From Gammaproteobacteria bacterium (GTDB lineage: Bacteria; Pseudomonadota; Gammaproteobacteria; CAJXQU01), in assembly GCA_965238175.1 (NCBI GenBank), contig CBDEGZ010000003.1:1120001-1184000 (forward strand): 64,000 nt of DNA, given 5' to 3'. The notes beneath the pieces are model-generated. The model worked only from the letters and a program-made list of their open reading frames with translations. It was not told the origin of the DNA and searched no databases. Of this stretch, positions 33,666 to 43,657 are shown piece after piece. How positions within the stretch are numbered: the stretch's first letter is position 1; the number at the start of each line of letters is the position of its first letter. A program made the position numbers and the translations under genes.

Positions 33666-34669
33666 AGCCTCATAACAAGTCAATTCCAAAGTCCTTTCCT
33701 GCATCATTTCACCGGTCAATTTACGGAACAACTCCTGAACAGAATCAGCAAGGGTTTATTTTGATTACTGTCCTGCTTTTAATCAGCTTGATCGCCTCTG
33801 TTGCTTATTTATCAAGTACCCATAGTGTTTTTAATGCCTCTCAAGCAGAGTCGAAAATTGATTCTCAGAAGATGCGTTATGCGGCGGAAACGGGTTTAGT
33901 CTTTGCGACGGCTGAGCTAGCAAAAGATCTGGATTGTACTGGATATACGATCACGCCGAATGGAACCTTTAATGGTTACCGTTACAGGGCAAGTTTATCG
34001 GCGACTTCTGGTTCTCCTGTCACGGTTAATGTTTCAATGGATCTTGGATCGGGTAATTCGCGTTCTTTTAGTCGGGAGGTTACTGTAACAAAAAATAATG
34101 AGACAGAAGTGGACTTGGAAGAAGATAGTTATTCTAATCGATCGGATGACAATCGAAACTATGGGGAAGATCAGGAACTCCACGTGAGAGCTCGGTTAGA
34201 TCGAATAACGTTCTTAAAATTCGATATGGGAAAAATCAATATCGATCCAGCAGCGATTATCGGGGCTGAGCTTAAGCTTTATCAAAAGAGTTCACCAGAG
34301 GCGAGTACGTTCAATATCCGTGTTTACAGAATCACAAAAAGATGGAAGGAAAGGGAAGTTACATATGACGATCGTTATAACAATAGAGCTTGGACCAAAA
34401 ATATGCTTGGTGTGATTACCGATGTTGATCCAACAGCAATAGATTCGGTTGAGATTGATAAAAATGTTGTGGATTGGAAGATATGGGATGTGACGTCTCT
34501 GGTGATAGATTGGTTAGATGGAACGTCTACTGATCGTGGTATGGCATTATCAAATACTGGAATCCGCACTAATAGTATTGAGTTCCTTAGCCGAGAGTCT
34601 TCAGATATTGCCAAACGGCCTAAGTTAGTTATAACTCATCAATGCGAGTGTGGGACAGCCGGTTGCTAG
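33662..34669 (+). CDS. PilX/GspK-like minor pilin with a C-terminal DNRLRE-like domain
   Basis: QG^FILITVLLL without Glu5; YAAETG; C-terminal FLKFD...WDVTSLV...FLSRE...RPKLVI pattern. Confidence 0.75.
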   Translation: MKPHNKSIPKSFPASFHRSIYGTTPEQNQQGFILITVLLLISLIASVAYLSSTHSVFNASQAESKIDSQKMRYAAETGLVFATAELAKDLDCTGYTITPNGTFNGYRYRASLSATSGSPVTVNVSMDLGSGNSRSFSREVTVTKNNETEVDLEEDSYSNRSDDNRNYGEDQELHVRARLDRITFLKFDMGKINIDPAAIIGAELKLYQKSSPEASTFNIRVYRITKRWKEREVTYDDRYNNRAWTKNMLGVITDVDPTAIDSVEIDKNVVDWKIWDVTSLVIDWLDGTSTDRGMALSNTGIRTNSIEFLSRESSDIAKRPKLVITHQCECGTAGC

Positions 34670-34712
34670 TTCTGAAACTGATCTTTGGTTTACCCAGACT
34701 AAAATTTAACTA

Positions 34713-34809
34713 ACCTGATGTGATGGTCTCCTCCCCCTTACGGCATGTAAGTGTCATGATTGAACCGTCATCAACACAATCAAAAGAGGAGAAGACCATC
34801 AAATCAGGT
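34713..34809 (+). mobile_element. 97-bp miniature element related to the left end of the IS1111-type element, with 22-bp terminal inverted repeats
   Basis: 34716-34798 matches IS positions 50729-50811 at 75/83 nt; ends ACCTGATGTGATGGTCTCCTCC / GGAGAAGACCATCAAATCAGGT (20/22 complementary). Confidence 0.85.
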
Positions 34810-34813
34810 TAAA

Positions 34814-34840
34814 TAAAGAATTTGGTGTTTTTGCCGATAA
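34814..34840 (+). promoter_or_regulatory. sigma28-type promoter upstream of the pilM-like gene
   Basis: TAAAGAAT-N11-GCCGATAA with a perfect -10 element. Confidence 0.7.
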
Positions 34841-34871
34841 AGTTATCAGATAAAAATATTTGGGATAGGAC

Positions 34872-35980
34872 ATGCTAGGGATAACCCGTAAGGGTCCAAT
34901 TGGATTAGATTTTGGTTCTGATCATTTGAAAATGGTACAGGCAGATTTTGTAAAAGGAAGTCCGGTGATCCGTTCTGCTATTATTTTGCCTTACCCCACG
35001 AACAAAAAAGAGCTATTTGAATCTCCTACAGATTTAAAAAAAATGGTTCGTAAAGCGCGCAGTATAGGTGGGTTTCAAGGTGCTCGTACAGTGGTGACAA
35101 TGCCTCCTGAAAAACTTCAATTTGTTTCGCTCGAATATAAATGTATGCCGTCAAAAGATCCTGACGAAGCGGTGATTGAGGCGATAAGAGAACGATTTGG
35201 TGATCAGATAAAAAGTTCAGTGATCGATTTTTACATATTCGCCCTGAACATAAAGATCAAATTGATCGCAGTGCACTCGCTGCGGTCGCACAAAAAGAAT
35301 CTGTCATTTCTTTCCTGGAGTCTATACGCAAGAGTGGATTAGAAGTTGATCGACTTGAAATTGGTCCGGTTGCGATTAATAGATTGATGGGCGCAATTAA
35401 TCCTAATGAGCATGACAAAATTAATCTAGTGATCAATTTCGGTCTATATAAATCTTATGCGACCGTTTTATGGGGCAGGCGCTTGTTGCTAGATCGTGAA
35501 TTATCATTTGGCTGTGCAACAGGTGCTACCGTTCTGTCTGAGGCACTGGAAGTATCAAAGCAAGAAGCAACAGAATTATTGGCTCGACATGGTATTAAGG
35601 TGGCAAATAAAGTCATCGTAGGTTCAGATTACGAAGAAGTAAGTATCGCGGAAACGGTGGCTGATATTTTAAAACCTGTACTTCAAGATTTTGCTCATGA
35701 GATTAAACGGCTGATGTTATATGTGGCCTCGAGAACGCGTGGACGTACAGTTAATGAATCGTATATGTTTGGTAATGTTCTCGAATGGTCTGGTGTAGAT
35801 AGAATTCTTTCTGAAATGACAGGAATAACGTTTAAAACAACGCAACCTTTCTACGGGTTTGCTACTTCTAAGCAGGCCGCGAAAATAAAGGATGTGTCTG
35901 AGTTACGTGGGATTGCTGTCGCGACCGGGCTTGCTTTGTTAGGGCTGGAAAACAACCAGAGGGCAAGCGGTGATGCATGA
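34872..35980 (+). pseudogene. PilM-like protein split by a single-base frameshift in a T5 run (35228-35232)
   Basis: PIGLDFG N-terminus; adding one T restores DFLHIRPEH...GLEVDRLEIGPVAINRL in frame with 35384-35980, which ends in AVATGLAL. Confidence 0.75.
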
Positions 35981-36560
35981 GATGGATTTGATGCCAGCAG
36001 ATTACCGCCGTAATCAAACTGCACGAAAATTACTGATTGGTTTTGCAGCGTTCTATGTATTGATTATTTCAGGTCTATTGGCAGGTAAAATTATTCTGGA
36101 AATGAAAATGTCTTCATTAGAGGTGCAAGTCAAGACCTATAAGAAGCAAAGCCAGATTTTGGTTGAACAACAAAAATTAAATTCTGATCTAAAAAATAAA
36201 AAATCTGCTATAGAAAGTCAATATACATTCGTCAAAATGCTTCAGCAAGGTGGTGGTGCGGATCAAATTTTCCATGTTTTTGATCGTGTTCTAGCACGAG
36301 ATTTGAAAGTTACTGGCAAAAGAAATATATGGATGACTGCGTGGACTTATACTGCCGAAAATCTTGATTTAGGAAAAGAACAAAACATTAAACAAAATAT
36401 GAAGGTCACGATGAATGGTCAAGCGAGGGACCATGAAGCACTATCAGTTTTTGTGGAAAATTTAATGCGACAGCCAGAGGTTCATGATGTAAATGTCATC
36501 AATACAACACTGCTTGGTGCAGATGAGGCTATCGTTACATTTGAACTGGAGATGAGTTAG
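35970..36560 (+). CDS. PilN-like protein
   Basis: EMDLMP start, TM segment, coiled coil, GQARDHEALSVFVENL. Confidence 0.75.
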   Translation: MMHEMDLMPADYRRNQTARKLLIGFAAFYVLIISGLLAGKIILEMKMSSLEVQVKTYKKQSQILVEQQKLNSDLKNKKSAIESQYTFVKMLQQGGGADQIFHVFDRVLARDLKVTGKRNIWMTAWTYTAENLDLGKEQNIKQNMKVTMNGQARDHEALSVFVENLMRQPEVHDVNVINTTLLGADEAIVTFELEMS

Positions 36561-37118
36561 ATGTTGGATGAATTTACAAAAAATCTAACACCAAGACTGA
36601 TGTTTTTACTCTTACTGGCGGGTGTGGTGTTGCTATTGTCTACTGCGAATACATTATGGTTTAAAAAGCAGATCAAAGATTATCGACAATTGAAAGAAAA
36701 TTACAACGCTATACAGGCTGATTCTGTTGATTTGGCTTCTGCGGAGTTGGTTGCAAAAAACTTGCGTAAAGAAATTTCTAAACTAGATGATCAACTGACA
36801 TCGGTTGGCAGAGAAGTTTTAAAAGGAAAACCGTTGTCAGTGATAGCGGATCTTGGACGCTATGCTAAGCAATACCAGGTGCAAATGGTTAATATAAAAC
36901 CAGAATCTGAAATCAGGGGAGAGCTGTATACAGAAATCCCCTTTAATGTCAGTTTGTCCGGTAGTTATGCAGATCTATTCAAATGGGTTTATACGCTAGA
37001 GAATTCAAATAATCCGCTATTTATTAAAAATTTTTCCATGTCTTTAGGAACCGATCAAACAAACAGAACCATGCAATTAGCCATTGGTTTAATCCAACTA
37101 GTAGAGGAGGAGGGATAA
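36561..37118 (+). CDS. PilO/MshJ-like protein
   Basis: TM plus coiled coil; SLSGSYADLFKWVYTLE. Confidence 0.75.
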   Translation: MLDEFTKNLTPRLMFLLLLAGVVLLLSTANTLWFKKQIKDYRQLKENYNAIQADSVDLASAELVAKNLRKEISKLDDQLTSVGREVLKGKPLSVIADLGRYAKQYQVQMVNIKPESEIRGELYTEIPFNVSLSGSYADLFKWVYTLENSNNPLFIKNFSMSLGTDQTNRTMQLAIGLIQLVEEEG

Positions 37119-37121
37119 GCC

Positions 37122-37535
37122 GTGGGAATACAACAGCATCTATCAAGAATATTGTTGGTAACTTGTTTGGGCATAGCTACCATGCAGTTAGTATTTGCGG
37201 CTGAAAATGTGGCACCTGAATTGCATATTGATCCCTTTGTAAACACCCTGGTATTGGAGACACGGCTTGATCCGTCAGGTGGAGATGAACAAGATGTACC
37301 AGTGGTAAAAGCGCAGCCTAGAGAGACATTTTTGTGGCAGCCAGAATTGCGCGGCATTATTCGATCAGAAGATGTTGCAATTGCAAATATGGCTGGTGAA
37401 CTGATCGAACTGGGTATGGAATATGAAGGATATCGCCTGATTAAGGTAAGGGAACAATCGGTTGTTTTTGAAAAAAATGGAAGAAAATTTCCTGTGTCGA
37501 TTGATGGCACAGAAGAACAGGAAAGCACTTTATAG
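37122..37535 (+). CDS. PilP/MshK-like protein
   Basis: Signal peptide, DPF motif, ELRGII...LIKVREQSVV; position in the cluster. Confidence 0.6.
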   Translation: MGIQQHLSRILLVTCLGIATMQLVFAAENVAPELHIDPFVNTLVLETRLDPSGGDEQDVPVVKAQPRETFLWQPELRGIIRSEDVAIANMAGELIELGMEYEGYRLIKVREQSVVFEKNGRKFPVSIDGTEEQESTL

Positions 37536-39069
37536 CCAAGTACTATACAAAGCTTTAGCTATTGTATGTTTACTTATTCCTCAACAGCTAAATGCCGCTG
37601 AGGTAACGTCACAGAAAAATTCAACGCCTCAGCCTGTTTTTCAAGCGGGTGCTGAGAATCAAAATCTTGGACAAGATACTCAAGATCAAGGCAGTCAAGA
37701 TCAAGTTTTAAATGCTGATAGCATAGCCAATGCTAGCAATGAAAAGAAAGCAACTAATTTAAAACAAAAGTTAAGCATAGGGATCCCAACTTCTAAAGGA
37801 TCAAAAATAAATAGCACCGTGACTATTTCTGTTCGTCACGCTAATCTGGCAGAAGTGTTTGAAATGATGTCCAAGCATGGTCGGGTGAATATTCTGCTAG
37901 CCAATGGTGTGCAAGGTGAAGTGTCGATTAATCTATATGAAATCGATTTGCATGAGGCAATTAAAGCGGTTGCCATTGCTGCTGGGTTTGCGGTTGAGAA
38001 ATCGGGCAATACCTATTTTGTCGTCACCCGTGATGATGCTGGCAAAGAAATTGTTGATGGTTTGACCGAAGTTAAATCATTTAAGGTTCAGTACAGTGAT
38101 CCTAATTTGGTCGCCACTATTCTGAGTGATCATTTATCACGTTATGGAAAAATTACCGCGCTACCAGAACGTCGCTTGATCGTCGTAGAAGATCTGCCTG
38201 AATTTATGGATCGCGTGGGAAACTTGTTAGAAGAGTTAGATAGCCCACCGGTACAAATTTTGATCGAGGCGCAGATTCTGGAGGTGAGATTAGATCGGAC
38301 AGAGGCTTTTGGTGTTAACTGGGAAAATATATTCTCATCAAGTAATGGGACGGGCAGGGCAGGTATTACAGGCCTCTCGATTCCTGCAAGCGGTTTATTT
38401 TTTCAGATTATTAATTCAAAGATAGAAGCGGCACTTGGGGCTTTGAGCACTAAAGGACGTCTTAGAACCTTATCTACGCCAAAATTAATGGCGTTAGAAC
38501 ATCAGAATGCGGAAGTTATTATTGGAGATAGAGTTGGCTATACAGAAGTGACTCTAACTGAAGGTGGAAGTAGAGTAGAAAATGTTGAGTTTCTTGATTC
38601 AGGTGTGATCTTACGGGTGACACCTTTTGTTGATCGAAGTGGCAAAATTATGATGGAGATCCATCCAGAAGTAAGTAGTGCAAGTCTTAATGGTGGAGTG
38701 CCCTCATTACAGACAACCGAGGTTACCACACAGTTATTAGCCGCTGATGGAGAAACGATTTTTATCGGTGGTCTGATCAGAAATAATACGGTTAACGAAA
38801 GAGATGGTATTCCTATTTTAAGTGATATTCCTGTAATAGGTCATTTATTTAGAAGCCAAAATGACACGGTTTCAAATACAGAAACGGTGGTTATGATCAC
38901 CCCTCGGATTGTTAGACCAGATTCGGGTATTCAAGACCCTGTTGGGCTGGAAAATGAAACAAAAATCCGCGAGATTGATTCGACATTAAAAAATGAAGGG
39001 CGAGATGTTGATGACATTTTCAAAAACCATGTACCTCTCGGTCAAAAATTCAATTCATTCGGCCAATAG
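37462..39069 (+). CDS. Outer-membrane secretin (GspD/PilQ/MshL family); start uncertain
   Basis: QILIEAQILEV, GVILRVTP, IFIGGLI and GIPILSDIPVIGHLF motifs. Confidence 0.9.
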   Translation: MFLKKMEENFLCRLMAQKNRKALYSQVLYKALAIVCLLIPQQLNAAEVTSQKNSTPQPVFQAGAENQNLGQDTQDQGSQDQVLNADSIANASNEKKATNLKQKLSIGIPTSKGSKINSTVTISVRHANLAEVFEMMSKHGRVNILLANGVQGEVSINLYEIDLHEAIKAVAIAAGFAVEKSGNTYFVVTRDDAGKEIVDGLTEVKSFKVQYSDPNLVATILSDHLSRYGKITALPERRLIVVEDLPEFMDRVGNLLEELDSPPVQILIEAQILEVRLDRTEAFGVNWENIFSSSNGTGRAGITGLSIPASGLFFQIINSKIEAALGALSTKGRLRTLSTPKLMALEHQNAEVIIGDRVGYTEVTLTEGGSRVENVEFLDSGVILRVTPFVDRSGKIMMEIHPEVSSASLNGGVPSLQTTEVTTQLLAADGETIFIGGLIRNNTVNERDGIPILSDIPVIGHLFRSQNDTVSNTETVVMITPRIVRPDSGIQDPVGLENETKIREIDSTLKNEGRDVDDIFKNHVPLGQKFNSFGQ

Positions 39070-39206
39070 TTCTCTTGCGTACACGCTTTTCCAAACCACT
39101 CGTACTTTAATTTCCATTTTGAACTTATTTCAGGTCATTTTCAGGCACAAGTAATGCATTGTTTTTTTTGACTCAAAAAAAATTGAAATAGAAAGGAGGG
39201 GTCATT

Positions 39207-40151
39207 ATGTATCTCAAACACTTTTCTCTAAAAGAACAGCCCTTTGGCATCACGCCGGACACGTCATTTTTTATGAACCGTTCTGGTTATCGCGATGCAC
39301 TCAATGTGATGAAAATTGCATTGGATATGGGGGAAGGTTTTCTTAAGGTGACCGGTGAAGTTGGCACGGGGAAAACACTTTTGTGTCGCGCTTTGATTAG
39401 CAACCTTGGTAATGAATATGTGACTGCTTATGTGCCGAATCCTTACCTAACCCCTGAGGCATTATTTCTGACGATTGCGGATGAACTGGGTATTCGTTAT
39501 ATACCCAATATCAAGCAACACGCGTTGTTAAAACGTATTACCTGGACTTTATTGAGAATGCATAAAGAAGGTAAACGTGTTGTTCTGTGTCTTGATGAGG
39601 CCCAGGCAATGCCGATCCAAACACTGGAAACTCTTCGTCTTCTAACCAATCTTGAGACTGAGAAACGAAAATTGATTCAGGTGATCTTATTTGGACAGCC
39701 TGAATTAAATGATGTGTTAGCTGAAGCTTCGGTAAGACAACTCCGTCAGCGGATCACTTTCTCATATGATTTAGCGCCATTGAATCGAGAAGCCATGAAA
39801 CGCTATCTTGATCATCGTCTTAGCATTGCCGGATATCTGGATGGAGACTTATTCGATGAGGATGCACTGGAACTGCTTTTTATTGCTAGTCGTGGCATAC
39901 CAAGGTTGGTAAATATTCTGGCGCACAAAGCAATGATTGTTGCCTATGGAACGGGTGATATCATTGTGATGCGAAAGCATATGCGTGTTTCAATTGAAGA
40001 TACTGAAGATGCACGCCGATGGCAGCAAAAATTCACCAGGAAAAGAGAAAAGATCATGCGCTGGGCTTATGGAACATTTGGAAGTTTTGCTTTGGCCGGT
40101 TTATTGTTCCTTGGCGTTAATTCAGTGGACGTGATGGCTTTTATCAAGTGA
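39207..40151 (+). CDS. ExeA/MshM-like AAA ATPase
   Basis: MYLKHFSLKEQPFGITP, GEVGTGKT, LDEAQ and GQPEL motifs. Confidence 0.88.
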   Translation: MYLKHFSLKEQPFGITPDTSFFMNRSGYRDALNVMKIALDMGEGFLKVTGEVGTGKTLLCRALISNLGNEYVTAYVPNPYLTPEALFLTIADELGIRYIPNIKQHALLKRITWTLLRMHKEGKRVVLCLDEAQAMPIQTLETLRLLTNLETEKRKLIQVILFGQPELNDVLAEASVRQLRQRITFSYDLAPLNREAMKRYLDHRLSIAGYLDGDLFDEDALELLFIASRGIPRLVNILAHKAMIVAYGTGDIIVMRKHMRVSIEDTEDARRWQQKFTRKREKIMRWAYGTFGSFALAGLLFLGVNSVDVMAFIK

Positions 40152-40993
40152 GCTTCGTTAACGATGTAATGGCTGAAGCTGCGGATAGAAAGAGCTTCGA
40201 TCTTTATCAGAATCAATTTAATCCTGATGAACCTGGGCTTAATAATAGAAAAAAATCGACAAAGTTAGCGACGACAAAGAATGTATTTTTTTCATTACTT
40301 TTATTCTTGATAGCACTCTGGTTTTTCGAGCAACTAGTTTCTATTAATACTTCCGAAAATGCTTATACTTCTGCTGAGAGTTTCAAATTTGATCCGGTAA
40401 ACGATTCGAAAAATCAATCTAATAAGTCGATCGATTTTCAACTGGGCCAGGCTCAAAAACTGCATCAACAAGGTCAATTTATTGCTGCACAAGATATTCT
40501 TCAACAAATCCTGAGTTCGGATAAAGATCACCTCCAGGCACGTCTAATGTTAGCATCTTCTTTAATTGATCAAGATCAAAAACGTGATGCGATTAAGCTC
40601 TATACAGAAGGATTTAAAAACGCACCAAAAGAACCTCATATTGCACAACCTTTAGCAAAATTACTTGAGGAGGAAGGGAAAATTGACCTAGCAATAAAAG
40701 TGCTGTTATATGCCGTACCATCGAATATGTCTGATCCAGCATATTATGCTTCGATTGCAGCCTTACAACAGAAACTCGGTCGGCATAAAGACGTGATTAA
40801 GATCTATCAAACAATTCTGCAAAAACGCCCTGAAAATAGACAATGGTGGCTAGATTTAGGAATTTCTTTGTTGGCAGAAACCAGGAAAGTTGAAGCACGT
40901 GAGGCATTTGAAAAGGCTTTGTTGGATAAAACGCTTTCTCCTGCGTTAGCCTCATTTGCCCATCAACGAATTAAAGAATTGAAACGCAGCTGA
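40148..40993 (+). CDS. TPR protein, MshN-like
   Basis: TM segment plus TPR repeats; WWLDLGIS and FAHQRI tail. Confidence 0.7.
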   Translation: MSFVNDVMAEAADRKSFDLYQNQFNPDEPGLNNRKKSTKLATTKNVFFSLLLFLIALWFFEQLVSINTSENAYTSAESFKFDPVNDSKNQSNKSIDFQLGQAQKLHQQGQFIAAQDILQQILSSDKDHLQARLMLASSLIDQDQKRDAIKLYTEGFKNAPKEPHIAQPLAKLLEEEGKIDLAIKVLLYAVPSNMSDPAYYASIAALQQKLGRHKDVIKIYQTILQKRPENRQWWLDLGISLLAETRKVEAREAFEKALLDKTLSPALASFAHQRIKELKRS

Positions 40994-41005
40994 GTCAATC
41001 CGTTA

Positions 41006-41165
41006 TATACCTGTGCTACTTGGAACTGCATCTTTATAGTACGCCTGCTTTCATCCATGGCGGCGTTGTTCCTCTTTGCTGGGAATGCCATGCGCATCGT
41101 CACGCCTTGCCCTGAATAAAAACAGACGCACTCTAAAACACGCATTGCCAAGTATCATGGGTATA
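41006..41165. mobile_element. ERIC-like MITE (TATACC...GGTATA ends)
   Basis: TATACCTGTGCTACTTGG and CCAAGTATCATGGGTATA are complementary at 15/18; intergenic, 160 bp. Confidence 0.7.
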
Positions 41166-41197
41166 ATCTCTGTTTTAGCTTAATAGACAGGATCTTA

Positions 41198-42067
41198 ATG
41201 TCATCACTTCTTCCAGTGATAAAACTGAAATCGGGATTTGATCACTATTCGGTGATAGGAAATCCGATTTCCCACAGTCGCTCCCCACAAATTCATCAAC
41301 AGTTTGCTGAACAGGCTGATCAGAACCTGATCTATCAAGCAATTGAATCACCGTTGGATCAATTTACTAATGTGATCAAACGGTTTCGAGACGCAGGTGG
41401 TCTTGGTTTAAATGTGACAGTGCCTTTTAAGCAAGAAGCCTGGGAGCTATCAACTCACCGAAGTGAAATTGCGGAGCGAGCTGGAGCGGTCAATACACTC
41501 TTTTTTAAAACCAGTTCAGGTCAAATTGAAATCCATGGGCATAATACTGATGGCCTGGGTTTAGTGAGAGATATTGTTCATAATTATGGACAGGCAATTA
41601 CCGGTAAGCGTATTTTGATTCTTGGTGCTGGCGGCGCTGTTAGAGGTGTTCTGGAACCGTTATTAAAAGAAAAACCGAGCTCTTGTGTAATCGCAAATCG
41701 TACCCTTTCTAAAGCAGTTGAGCTAGCTGATCTTTTTTCAGATCTTATTGATCCAGATAATCTTCGAGCAAGTGATTATCCAGATCTTGGTGAATCAAAA
41801 TTTGATCTGATTATCAATGGAACATCGGCAAGTCTTGATGGGAAGTTACCGCCTTTAAAGAATAATATCCTGGCAAAAGGCGCTATGTGTTACGACATGA
41901 TGTACGCAAAAAAACCGACAGCCTTTGTCATATGGGGGGATGAACAAGGTGCGGTATTATCGGTGGATGGAACAGGAATGTTGATAGAACAAGCCGCAGA
42001 AGCGTTCTACCTGTGGCGTGGTATAAGACCTGAGACTAAATCAGTAATATCTTTATTCAAGGCTTGA
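41198..42067 (+). CDS. aroE: Shikimate dehydrogenase
   Basis: GNPISHSRSP, NVTVPFK, NTDG, GAGGA and GMLIEQAA motifs. Confidence 0.95.
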   Translation: MSSLLPVIKLKSGFDHYSVIGNPISHSRSPQIHQQFAEQADQNLIYQAIESPLDQFTNVIKRFRDAGGLGLNVTVPFKQEAWELSTHRSEIAERAGAVNTLFFKTSSGQIEIHGHNTDGLGLVRDIVHNYGQAITGKRILILGAGGAVRGVLEPLLKEKPSSCVIANRTLSKAVELADLFSDLIDPDNLRASDYPDLGESKFDLIINGTSASLDGKLPPLKNNILAKGAMCYDMMYAKKPTAFVIWGDEQGAVLSVDGTGMLIEQAAEAFYLWRGIRPETKSVISLFKA

Positions 42068-42068
42068 C

Positions 42069-42311
42069 TTATTCACATTGACTTTTAAAAAGTGAATTTT
42101 ATAAGGTCATTGTACTCATCTTCTGAAAAAATCAAAAAAAACAATGTAAGTTATTGATATTTAATAATTATAGCAATCGGTCAATAATTGACTGAATTAA
42201 TAAGGATGTGATAAACACTGTGGATGACAAGGTTTTTACGCAGTTTGATCACAATGTTATCCACAGTTTTTGTGGGTAAAGTAAATTCACTTTCAAACAC
42301 AATAGCTTAGC
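42069..42311. promoter_or_regulatory. DnaA-box/IHF module 1 (DARS-like)
   Basis: TTATTCACA 42069; IHF consensus TAAGTTATTGATA 42147; TGTGGATGA 42219; triad TTGATCACA-3bp-TTATCCACA-5bp-TGTGGGTAA 42245-42279. Confidence 0.65.
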
Positions 42312-42337
42312 TCTTTTATGTGATAAAGTGCGACTAG

Positions 42338-43657
42338 TTAGGGTTGTAGACTTTCCATATAATCAGGCAACCAGGAGATAAGTTTTGGAAAAAGTGCGAT
42401 CAATAAAATTGTGATTACCTGGATCAAAACAAAAGGAATAATCCCTCGATAAATTTGTTGTATTGTTATTTCTGTTGGGGCGACCGCTTTTAGGTAAAAC
42501 AAGGAGAATCCAAATGGAGGAGTTAAAAAAGAAGTTTGCAAATTGACCGCGATCAAAATAGCAAACCAGAGAAGATCTATTCCCATTAGCTGTGCAATGG
42601 GTGCGAGAATCGGAACCACTAAAAAGCAAATCTCCAGAAAATCTAAAAAGAAACCTAGCAAAAAGATCAATATCATACTGACAGCAACAAATCCCCAGAT
42701 CCCTCCAGGTAAATTCGTGAATAAATTTTCGACTAATTGATCGCCGCCCATTCCCCGGAAAACTAGACCAAACGCAGTTGCACCTACTAGGATCAAAAAG
42801 ACCATGCTGGTGAGTCGTGAAGTGTGTTGAGCGGCATGCAGTAAATTGTCTAGTGAAAGCCGTTTATGTAGTGCCGCCAGAAGGATCGCACCAAGTGAGC
42901 CATATGCCGCAGATTCGGTGGGTGAAGCAATTCCAAAGAAGATTGAACCCAAAACAGCAATGATTAGGGACAGTGGCGGTAACAGACTTTTTAATATTTT
43001 TCTGCCAAGGTTATCAATAGAGGGCGATTTGATACTTGGTGCCATCGTCGGATAACGAAATACAACATAACTGATGTAGAGAAGGAAAAGAGTGATCAGT
43101 AACAAGCCAGGTACGACCGCGCCGATAAATAATCGTCCTGGTGGAACACCGATAACATCACCGAGTAAGATCAAAACAATGCTAGGTGGAATTATTTGTC
43201 CTAATGTTCCCGAAGCAGCGATAGTTCCGGTAGCAAGTTGTGGAGAGTAATTATGCTTAAGCATTGCTGGTAGAGCGATGACACCCATTGTGACGACTGT
43301 TGCACCAACAACACCGGTTGTTGCAGCAAGCAGTGCGCCGACGATAACGACTGATAACGCTAAACCACCTCTAACTCTTCCAAACAGTAGCCCCATTGTT
43401 TCGAGAAGATCTTCGGCTAAGCCCGATTTTTCCAGAACAATACCCATGAAGATAAACAAGGGAACGGCTAACAAAGTGAAATTTTTCATTATCCCCCAGA
43501 TTCGTAATGGAAGTAGCTCGAAATAATCAAAGCCGAGAAAGATTGTCCCAAATAGTGTTGCAATGGCACCGAGAGTAAAAGCGACTGGATAACCGAGCAT
43601 CAACACCAACATAGCGATGGCGAACATGATGAGTGCCCAGACTTCCATTCCGATCAT
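42338..43657 (-). CDS. TRAP transporter large permease DctM
   Basis: LLAVPLFIFMG, GTLGQIIPPS and TSFLTPPFG motifs. Confidence 0.92.
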   Translation of the reverse strand: MIGMEVWALIMFAIAMLVLMLGYPVAFTLGAIATLFGTIFLGFDYFELLPLRIWGIMKNFTLLAVPLFIFMGIVLEKSGLAEDLLETMGLLFGRVRGGLALSVVIVGALLAATTGVVGATVVTMGVIALPAMLKHNYSPQLATGTIAASGTLGQIIPPSIVLILLGDVIGVPPGRLFIGAVVPGLLLITLFLLYISYVVFRYPTMAPSIKSPSIDNLGRKILKSLLPPLSLIIAVLGSIFFGIASPTESAAYGSLGAILLAALHKRLSLDNLLHAAQHTSRLTSMVFLILVGATAFGLVFRGMGGDQLVENLFTNLPGGIWGFVAVSMILIFLLGFFLDFLEICFLVVPILAPIAQLMGIDLLWFAILIAVNLQTSFLTPPFGFSLFYLKAVAPTEITIQQIYRGIIPFVLIQVITILLIALFPKLISWLPDYMESLQP

